DNA of 64,000 nucleotides from a virus (taxonomy: Duplodnaviria > Caudoviricetes). Both the position numbers and the translations under genes were made by a program. Of this stretch, positions 57,201 through 64,000 are shown piece after piece (position 1 is the stretch's first letter; the number at the start of each line of letters is the position of its first letter). The stretch is from positions 1 to 64,000 of IMG/VR virus record IMGVR_UViG_3300025357_000908; one strand, written 5' to 3'. Under the pieces are notes generated by a model. That model was not told where the DNA came from, searched no databases, and was given only the letters and a program-made list of their open reading frames with translations.

Positions 57201-57224
57201 TATTTTTGTAAAAGGTCACATAAT
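57197..57224 (+). promoter_or_regulatory. sigma70-like promoter of the polymerase-deazaguanine operon
   Basis: TTGATA-N16-CATAAT. Confidence 0.55.
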
Positions 57225-57232
57225 AATGACCT

Positions 57233-59797
57233 GTGTATCGTAACATATATTACAGTCAACGGGATAGTACTTGCCACCTCTTTACTTGGGATAAAGACGG
57301 TAACCGTGTAATCAAAAAGACACCTTACCAGCCTTATTTTTATATAGAGACTAATGCAGAAAGTGCAGACGCTCTTTCTATCTTTAATACTAAATTAAAG
57401 AAAAAAGTATTTAAAAGTAATTTTGATCGTAATAAAGCAGCACAAGACGGGGCAATTAAACGACTTTATCACAATATACAAGTAGAACAGCAATTCCTTA
57501 TTGAAAATTTTAAGGATGAATATGAAAAGCCTGAGTTTTCTGCTAACCCTTTAAAGGTTTGTTTTCTTGATATTGAGGTTTACTCTCCAGATGAGTTTCC
57601 TGAAGCTAAAGACGCTAAACACCCTATCAATCTATTAACGATTTATGATAACTTATCTGAACAATTTTATACCTGGGGGTGTAAGCCTTATACTCCAACT
57701 CGTAGTAACGTTACATATACTGAGTGTACAAGTGAGTACAATCTTTTAGAAAAGTTTTTAGAATTTTGGGAAAACGGTTATTATCCTGATATACTATCCG
57801 GGTGGAATACAGACTTTTTCGATTTTCCTTATCTGATTAACCGTATCAATAACCTTTTAGGTGAAGACGCTGCTAAACGTTTATCTCCTGTAAAAAGTCT
57901 TTGGTGTCGTAAAGGTATATTTGTTAAAGGTCAAGAGTTAGATCGTTGGTACATTCACGGTATTTCAGCAATGGATTATCTTGAAGTGTATAGAGGTTTT
58001 GCGCGTGGTTTATTAGAGTCTTATGCACTAAACTTTGTAGCTCAACACGAATTAGGTGAAGGTAAGTTAGCTATTAATGCTACTAACTTAGCCTCACTAT
58101 CTGAAAACGACTGGAATAACTTTGTAGATTATAATATTCAAGACGTTGATCTATTGGTACGCATGGAAAAGAAACTACAATTCTTTAAGATTATACGTAT
58201 GTTAGCGTACAAAGGATTGACATCGTTTGAAGCAGCTTTAGGTAAAGTATCTATTGTAACTGGCTGTGTTGCCTTACAAGCGTATAAACACGGTATGATT
58301 ATACCTACGTTTGTTGAAGGACCTTTAAGAGAGGAAATCCAGGGTGGTTTTGTAAGAGAACCCGAGAGAGGTCTACAGAGATCGATTGTGAGCTATGACG
58401 CTAACTCACTATACCCTAATACTATAATTACCCTGAATATATCCCCCGAGACGAAGTTCGGTAAGATAGTTAATAAGAACGATAAGGAAGTTATTATTCG
58501 TTATAGTAACAATAAAGAACAACCTATATCACACGAAAAGTTTATACAGTTTATGCAGGTTGAAAAACTTGCACTATCTAAAGCTAATGTTCTTTACACA
58601 CAAAAGAAAAAGGGTGTAGTTCCTGCTTTAATTGACGGTCTTTATAGTGAACGTGTAACAAACAAGAATCAGTATGTTGAGCTTAAAAAGAAACTAAGTA
58701 AATTAACCCCAGATACAGATGAGTACAAAACGTGTAAGTTTAATATGGAACGAGCGGACACTATCCAGCACGTCATCAAGATTCTTCTCAATTCTATCTA
58801 CGGGGTTTTTGCTAATAAGTTTAGCCCTATTTGTGATAGTGATCACGCTGGTAGCATTACTCTTACTGGGCAGTCGGTGGTTAAGCAAGCAAGTGATATC
58901 ATTGATCAATATGCTAAAGAAAAGTTTGGCTACACTGGTAAGTCGTTAACCATATATAACGACACGGATAGTACTCACGTTACTATTCAGCCGTTGTTAG
59001 ACCAGATGAAACTAAACATATTAACCGATAATAAGGTTAACAAAGAAGGTTTAAAATTCATCGATGATGAATTAGGAGTTTATCTTAATAATAACATTAA
59101 ACAATGGGCAAAGGATAAACTAAATTCTGTAGACCCTCGTTACTTCTTTAAACGTGAATCAATTTGTGATGTTGGTGTTTATCTTGAAAAGAAACGTTAC
59201 ATTATACATGTGTTGAACGATGAAGGCGCAGACGTTAATAAGTTTAAGTACGTCGGTGTTGAAATTGCACGCTCTACTACACCTAAGAAAGCTAAAGAAT
59301 TAATTAAGAAGGTTATTGAAAACAGTTTATTGGTACAAGATCAAAATAAGGCTAATGCTATTTATAGAGATGTGTATGACGGTTTTAAATCGTTAACTAT
59401 TGATGACGTAGCTATTAGAGGTGGTTTAAGTGACTTAGAAAAACATGAAGTTCGTTCAGAAGGCTTTAAAATAGCTAAAGGCACACCAAATCACGTAAAA
59501 GGCGCAATTTGGTATAACATGCTATTAAAGCATAGAGGGTTAGAAACAAAGTACGAACGTATTACTTCAGGTGGTAAGGTAAAAAAGATTTATATTGCAC
59601 CTAACAAGTATAATATTGATACTCTTTGCTACCCCGTCAGTTTTCCACCAGAATTAAACGATTTTCAAGTTGATTACGAAGAAATGTTCGATACAATTAT
59701 AGTACCTCCAGTAAAAGCAGTTTATGAAGCTCTTAACTGGCAGTTACCGCAAGTAAACAATCAAGCACAAACAGATTTATTCGACCTATTCACATGA
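57233..59797 (+). CDS. gp43: Family B DNA polymerase
   Basis: Exo DIE, FD, YN..D; pol DANSLYP, K..LNS.YG, YNDTDS, KKRY. Confidence 0.97.
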   Translation: MYRNIYYSQRDSTCHLFTWDKDGNRVIKKTPYQPYFYIETNAESADALSIFNTKLKKKVFKSNFDRNKAAQDGAIKRLYHNIQVEQQFLIENFKDEYEKPEFSANPLKVCFLDIEVYSPDEFPEAKDAKHPINLLTIYDNLSEQFYTWGCKPYTPTRSNVTYTECTSEYNLLEKFLEFWENGYYPDILSGWNTDFFDFPYLINRINNLLGEDAAKRLSPVKSLWCRKGIFVKGQELDRWYIHGISAMDYLEVYRGFARGLLESYALNFVAQHELGEGKLAINATNLASLSENDWNNFVDYNIQDVDLLVRMEKKLQFFKIIRMLAYKGLTSFEAALGKVSIVTGCVALQAYKHGMIIPTFVEGPLREEIQGGFVREPERGLQRSIVSYDANSLYPNTIITLNISPETKFGKIVNKNDKEVIIRYSNNKEQPISHEKFIQFMQVEKLALSKANVLYTQKKKGVVPALIDGLYSERVTNKNQYVELKKKLSKLTPDTDEYKTCKFNMERADTIQHVIKILLNSIYGVFANKFSPICDSDHAGSITLTGQSVVKQASDIIDQYAKEKFGYTGKSLTIYNDTDSTHVTIQPLLDQMKLNILTDNKVNKEGLKFIDDELGVYLNNNIKQWAKDKLNSVDPRYFFKRESICDVGVYLEKKRYIIHVLNDEGADVNKFKYVGVEIARSTTPKKAKELIKKVIENSLLVQDQNKANAIYRDVYDGFKSLTIDDVAIRGGLSDLEKHEVRSEGFKIAKGTPNHVKGAIWYNMLLKHRGLETKYERITSGGKVKKIYIAPNKYNIDTLCYPVSFPPELNDFQVDYEEMFDTIIVPPVKAVYEALNWQLPQVNNQAQTDLFDLFT

Positions 59798-60600
59798 TTA
59801 AAATATCTCACGAATCCCCTTTAAGTATGCTCGAGATCTCTCGTACATACAACGATTACGACTACGCTCTCGTACACTTGTTCGAAGAGCACCCAGAATA
59901 TTACAAGTTCTTTGAAGATAGTGTTAAAATGGGTAGACATGTCTTATTAGATAATTCTATCTTTGAATTAGGTGAATCTTTTAACCCTAAACGCTATGCT
60001 TATTGGATTCAAAGACTTAACCCTACTGAGTTTATCGTACCAGACGTATTAGAAGATTGTCAAGGTACTATTGATTCTGCTAAGAAATGCTTGTGGCACG
60101 ATTGGGACTTTGTTACTAACTCTAAAATAATGGGTGTTGTACAGGGTAAGACATATGGTGAATTAGTTAAGTGTTATGTAGCCTTAGACCAAGAGATCGG
60201 TGTAGATAAGTTAGCTATTTCATTTGACTATTCTTATTACCTCAAACTATTCCCACACCCTAACAAATGGGTATCTTATATGATGGGTAGAGTGATGACT
60301 CTTAATCAATTAATGAATGACGGTATTATTAATAAAGATAAACCTCACCACTTATTAGGTTGCGCACACCCAAGAGAATTTAGTTTCTATCAAGGACCTG
60401 AATATAACTGGATCGAGACGTTAGATACATCATCTCCTGTTGTTCACGGTATTAAAAGAGTAAGGTACTCTGATGCTATTGGTAACTGGAAGAAGGAGTC
60501 TACCAAGCTTGTAGATCTTTTAGATGTAATACCGGATGCAATGCAAGAAAAAATCATTGCAAATAATTTAATTGAGTTTAGAAACTACGTTAATGGATGA
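59794..60600 (+). CDS. Divergent TGT-like transglycosylase (DpdA-like, possibly DpdA3 type)
   Basis: TGT-barrel motif order LLDNS, VPDV, GVVQG, HHLLG, LDTSSP; context of que genes. Confidence 0.65.
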   Translation: MIKISHESPLSMLEISRTYNDYDYALVHLFEEHPEYYKFFEDSVKMGRHVLLDNSIFELGESFNPKRYAYWIQRLNPTEFIVPDVLEDCQGTIDSAKKCLWHDWDFVTNSKIMGVVQGKTYGELVKCYVALDQEIGVDKLAISFDYSYYLKLFPHPNKWVSYMMGRVMTLNQLMNDGIINKDKPHHLLGCAHPREFSFYQGPEYNWIETLDTSSPVVHGIKRVRYSDAIGNWKKESTKLVDLLDVIPDAMQEKIIANNLIEFRNYVNG

Positions 60601-60827
60601 CAACATTAGAAGCTATAACCAACTCAGTTTATGCTAACTATCCCCATCTTTTGGCAGATAACGTGTCTATTGTTGATTATTGTTTTTGGGATTGTTTGTC
60701 AAATACGGAGATACCAGTAAAAGAAATGAAAGAAGTCAAAAATTACTTGACTTCTAACGGAATCGTTGATTTTACACTTGTAATTTTCTTTAGTGATAAT
60801 ACAATAGGTTATCGTCTAAAAATATGA
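60597..60827 (+). CDS. Hypothetical protein
   Basis: ATGA-coupled on both sides within the operon. Confidence 0.65.
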   Translation: MTTLEAITNSVYANYPHLLADNVSIVDYCFWDCLSNTEIPVKEMKEVKNYLTSNGIVDFTLVIFFSDNTIGYRLKI

Positions 60828-61402
60828 AACGTAACTTAATCTGGAAAGCATTCTTCTCTCAGAGTGGATCTGAAATAAATGAAATATCTAATAAGGTAGA
60901 AAGGTACCCGGATGCAATTATTACTAATAAGAGTTTTGACGATTTAGATAAAATTAACCCCGAATTACTTGAAAAGTGCTTTAATAAGTTCATATTTCTG
61001 CCGAAGAAACCAACTGTAGAAGAATACCGGGAAGCTATTAGACATACTGATGTCATAACGTTACATGGTTATCTTCGTATTCTACCGCCAGAAATATGCG
61101 GTAAATTTAAAATATATAATGGACATCCAGGACTTATAACCAAGTACCCAGAACTAAAAGGTAAAGACCCTCAAGCTAAAACATGGTACGCATACCCTGA
61201 AAAGAAGTACAACACACATGGACATGTTATTCATGAAGTTATACCAGAAGTAGATGCAGGTAGGGTTGTATCTGAAATGCGCTTCAGTACAGAGGATTTA
61301 TATTTAGATTATAAAAGTTTAGATTTATTTACTGAACATTTACATAGCGTAGCAATTCAAAATTGGGTTGGCTTTATGCGTAAAAGCCTATTAAATAAAT
61401 AA
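60824..61402 (+). CDS. PurN-like formyltransferase (DpdN-like)
   Basis: FSQSGSE, LHGYLRIL, YNGHPGL, H.V..EVDAG formyl-THF motifs. Confidence 0.82.
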   Translation: MKRNLIWKAFFSQSGSEINEISNKVERYPDAIITNKSFDDLDKINPELLEKCFNKFIFLPKKPTVEEYREAIRHTDVITLHGYLRILPPEICGKFKIYNGHPGLITKYPELKGKDPQAKTWYAYPEKKYNTHGHVIHEVIPEVDAGRVVSEMRFSTEDLYLDYKSLDLFTEHLHSVAIQNWVGFMRKSLLNK

Positions 61403-61404
61403 TT

Positions 61405-61980
61405 ATGAGATCAAACTATAAAGCTGCAATCTGTGGCGCTCATTCACAAGGTAAGACTACATTAGTAAAAGCACTAAAAGATGATCTGTTCTTAGATGAT
61501 CAGCATTTTAGTTTTAGAACTAATCTAACAAGAGGTCTTAAAGATTTAAACGTACCTATTAATGAAGGTGGTACTTCTTTAACTCAATATCTGGTAATGG
61601 CTCGTCATTTAGAGTATGCTCTAACTCCAGGTAACTGGATCTTAGATAGAGGTGCTTTAGACGGAATTGCATATACTGCTTATTTTTATGAGAAAGAACA
61701 AGTCAATAAAGATGTATATCAAGCAGCTTTATCTGTTTATGAATCACTGTTAGGTACTTACGATAAGATTTTTTATGTTGTACCCGAACTTGATATTAAA
61801 GATGACGGTGAAAGAAGTACAAATAAAGAATTCTTTGATGGTGTAGTAAAACAATTTGATTTTTATATCAAACATCATTCAATGCCTAAAGACAAACTTG
61901 TTTATGTGATAGGATCAGTAAAAGATAGAGTTAAAATAATAACAGATACAATTAAAAAAGATTTTACCAATGAGCTATAA
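61405..61980 (+). CDS. P-loop nucleotide kinase-like protein (AAA_28/NMP kinase)
   Basis: GAHSQGKTT, DRGALD..AY, DDGER. Confidence 0.75.
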   Translation: MRSNYKAAICGAHSQGKTTLVKALKDDLFLDDQHFSFRTNLTRGLKDLNVPINEGGTSLTQYLVMARHLEYALTPGNWILDRGALDGIAYTAYFYEKEQVNKDVYQAALSVYESLLGTYDKIFYVVPELDIKDDGERSTNKEFFDGVVKQFDFYIKHHSMPKDKLVYVIGSVKDRVKIITDTIKKDFTNEL

Positions 61981-62890
61981 TACTAATAATATCGATAAAG
62001 TACTCGGTCAGAGAGTAGACTCTCCAAGTACATATACCCCAGAGATTTTGGTGCGTGAAGAGCGCCAACGTAACCGCACATATCTTGATCTTAAGAACGG
62101 TTCTTTACCTTTCGTGGGTTATGATATCTGGAATGGCTACGAATGTAGTGCATTAACAGATAGTGGTTTACCTGTTACTTGTGTTGCTAAAGTAGTATAC
62201 TCTGCTGAAAACGATTTCATTGTAGAGTCTAAGTCAATGAAGCTTTATTGGAACTCATTTAATATGCAGAAAATGGGTAAGAATACTAAGGAAGTACTTA
62301 AGAACATTAAACAAACAGCTTCTAAAGACCTATCCTTATTATTAGAGACTGATGTTAAGGTAGAGCTATTCTCTCAAATTACTGACACTGAAACCGAAAA
62401 AGATAGAGAAGTTTGGTTTTCAGATCATAGTTCCAAAATTTGGCGCCCATTAGAACAAATTAAGAGTGCAGAAAAGATTAAGTTTACTGTATTCAACGAG
62501 AATGCTGATCTGTTAGTAGCTAATGAAACCGAATCAACAGAACAACACTTCTATATGAGTACTCTGTTACGTTCTAACTGTAAAATTACAAAGCAACCAG
62601 ATTCGGGCGATATTTTCATTTACTATAAAGGTAATAAAGCAGTAACTGAACAATCTCTATTAGAATGGATTGTTTCATTCCGTAATGAATGTCATTTCCA
62701 CGAAGAAATCTGTGAAGCTGCTTATAAGCGTTTATGGGACTTGTTACAACCTGAAGAGCTTATGGTAACTTGCTACTACGCAAGACGTGGTGGTTGGGAT
62801 ATTGTTCCTACACGTGCTTCTCATAAGAAACTACTCAACAAGTATCTTGTTAATGTAAAAGCACCTTACTTTAAATTTCCTCGTCAATAA
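61970..62890 (+). CDS. queF: NADPH-dependent preQ0 reductase, bimodular type
   Basis: D.WN.YE, ESKSMKLYWNSF QueF motif, SNCKITKQPD, FHE, RRGG. Confidence 0.95.
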   Translation: MSYNTNNIDKVLGQRVDSPSTYTPEILVREERQRNRTYLDLKNGSLPFVGYDIWNGYECSALTDSGLPVTCVAKVVYSAENDFIVESKSMKLYWNSFNMQKMGKNTKEVLKNIKQTASKDLSLLLETDVKVELFSQITDTETEKDREVWFSDHSSKIWRPLEQIKSAEKIKFTVFNENADLLVANETESTEQHFYMSTLLRSNCKITKQPDSGDIFIYYKGNKAVTEQSLLEWIVSFRNECHFHEEICEAAYKRLWDLLQPEELMVTCYYARRGGWDIVPTRASHKKLLNKYLVNVKAPYFKFPRQ

Positions 62891-62892
62891 AC

Positions 62893-62920
62893 TTGATTAT
62901 AACAAAAACTATATTAATAT
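62893..62920 (+). promoter_or_regulatory. sigma70-like promoter of the uvsX unit
   Basis: TTGATT-N16-TAATAT. Confidence 0.62.
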
Positions 62921-62926
62921 AACTAT

Positions 62927-63280
62927 ATGAACTCAGATCAAATCATTGTATTCCTTGATAACATTCAACGTACTATCGTTGCTACATATGTAAGCAGTGA
63001 CGATAACAATATCGTTGTAACTAAGCCTGCTATTTTAAACGTAACACCCTCACAAGACAAAAAATTACAAGTACAACTCTATCCTTTAATGTTTAGAGAG
63101 TTCTTTAAAGACCGCGATGTATTTCCTACATGGACATACAGCAAGTCACAAATTGCTTTAGCACAAGATCTTGACCTTGAAGCTAATCTTATTGCTCAAT
63201 ACACAGAAATGTTCAAAGTAATTAAGAACGAACCTGCTCCTACCATCAAGCTATTTGATGCTGATGACGATAAGAGCTAA
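62927..63280 (+). CDS. Hypothetical (Sm-like) conserved phage protein
   Basis: beta-rich 117 aa ORF behind the promoter. Confidence 0.65.
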   Translation: MNSDQIIVFLDNIQRTIVATYVSSDDNNIVVTKPAILNVTPSQDKKLQVQLYPLMFREFFKDRDVFPTWTYSKSQIALAQDLDLEANLIAQYTEMFKVIKNEPAPTIKLFDADDDKS

Positions 63281-63285
63281 TCTAT

Positions 63286-64000
63286 ATGGCACGCAAACCA
63301 CGTACAGAAAACAATAACGATGAAACGAAAGCTTCATCATTAAAAGATATCTTTGAAGCTGTTGATGCATTGAATCAAGATGCATCAATGCTCTCTGAAG
63401 ATAATTCTTTATCTATTGTAAGCGATTGGATTGACACTGGCTCTTATGCACTTAATGCTATCTTTTCTGGATCTCTTTATAAGGGTATTCCTGTTGGTAG
63501 GGTTACTGGTTTTTCCGGGCCTTCCGGTGCGGGTAAGACGCTTATTGTTAATAAGATCATTGCGAACGCTCAAAAGAAAGGCTACTTTGCTGCTGTCTGG
63601 GATACGGAAGCAGCGGTAGATAAGCAATCCGCAGAAGGTGTTGGTATCGATCCAAAACGCTTAAAGTACTATCCTGTAGAAACAGTAGAAGATTGCCGTA
63701 ACCAAATTGCTACATTCTTAGATAAGATTATTGCAGCTAATGACCCTAACTTAAAGGTTATTGTCGCTATTGATAGTCTTGGTAATTTAGCGAGTGCTAA
63801 AGAGCTTCGTGATGTTACAGAAGGTAAGGATGCAGCAGATATGGGCACTAAGGCTAAAGCAATGAAGTCTATGATGCGCGCCTTAACCTTTAAAGCAGCT
63901 AAGGCTCGTGTGCCTATTCTGTTTACTAACCATATTTATGACAACCCAACTTCACTCTATCCTGAACTGGTTAAGCGTCAATCCGGTGGTAGTGGCCCTA
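63286..64000 (+). CDS. uvsX: RecA-like recombinase UvsX (runs off the window end; not in the ORF track)
   Basis: Hand translation: IDTGSYALN, GPSGAGKT, DTE, IDSLG, TNH.Y, SGG. Confidence 0.93.
   Translation, partial: MARKPRTENNNDETKASSLKDIFEAVDALNQDASMLSEDNSLSIVSDWIDTGSYALNAIFSGSLYKGIPVGRVTGFSGPSGAGKTLIVNKIIANAQKKGYFAAVWDTEAAVDKQSAEGVGIDPKRLKYYPVETVEDCRNQIATFLDKIIAANDPNLKVIVAIDSLGNLASAKELRDVTEGKDAADMGTKAKAMKSMMRALTFKAAKARVPILFTNHIYDNPTSLYPELVKRQSGGSGP

Noticed and set aside
16213-59797. Inteins or introns in nrdA, nrdB, helicases, gp46 or gp43
   Set aside because: Lengths are normal, motifs contiguous, and no C...HN intein ends were seen
60824-61402. Ordinary purN auxiliary gene for purine synthesis
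   Set aside because: Divergent GAR-binding loop, position between the TGT-like gene and queF, and no other pur genes in the window; not excluded biochemically
11298-63627. Many 60-120 aa ORFs nested in or antisense to conserved genes (e.g. 11298, 13670, 19066, 23854, 27819, 38019, 46285, 48994, 58719, 63431)
   Set aside because: They overlap well-supported genes almost entirely and show no motifs
1-64000. Stop-codon reassignment, tRNA genes, DGR/retron, integrase
   Set aside because: Core genes are full length in the standard code; no cloverleaf, reverse transcriptase or recombinase recognised by eye (tRNAscan/Infernal not run)

Overview
This is an AT-rich segment of a large T4-like (myovirus) phage genome in the standard genetic code. 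I saw no tRNA, rRNA or CRISPR array. All assignments come from reading motifs by eye; no database searches were run. It holds T4-type structural genes (gp6, gp25, gp13, gp15, gp20-gp23, gp4, probable gp16) and replication, recombination and transcription genes (gp43, gp44, gp62, gp61, gp46/47, uvsW/X/Y, gp55) in scrambled order. Auxiliary genes include nrdAB, dut, phoH, hsp20, a GroES-like protein, a flavin halogenase and a 2OG-Fe(II) oxygenase. Two systems stand out. (1) A dispersed 7-deazaguanine DNA-modification pathway: queC/D/E/F, a TGT-like gene, a PurN-like formyltransferase and a kinase coupled directly behind the DNA polymerase. It is accompanied by a DUF5664 dGTP/dATP pyrophosphohydrolase, a stand-alone glutamine amidotransferase and DUF366, which suggests G is replaced at the nucleotide-pool level. 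(2) About 11 glycosyltransferase ORFs (GT2, split GT9, GT10, GT11, GT7C-like, GT4-like) occur together with Ser-Gly/Ser-Ala- and Pro/Thr-rich virion proteins, which suggests virion or DNA glycosylation. Other signals are a candidate long helical unimolecular spanin, a shared N-terminal capsid-targeting-like motif in orphan late proteins, two promoter classes (TAARTA late; TTGA..-N16-TA...T early), and a candidate promoter/hairpin/AT-rich origin near 45.2 kb.
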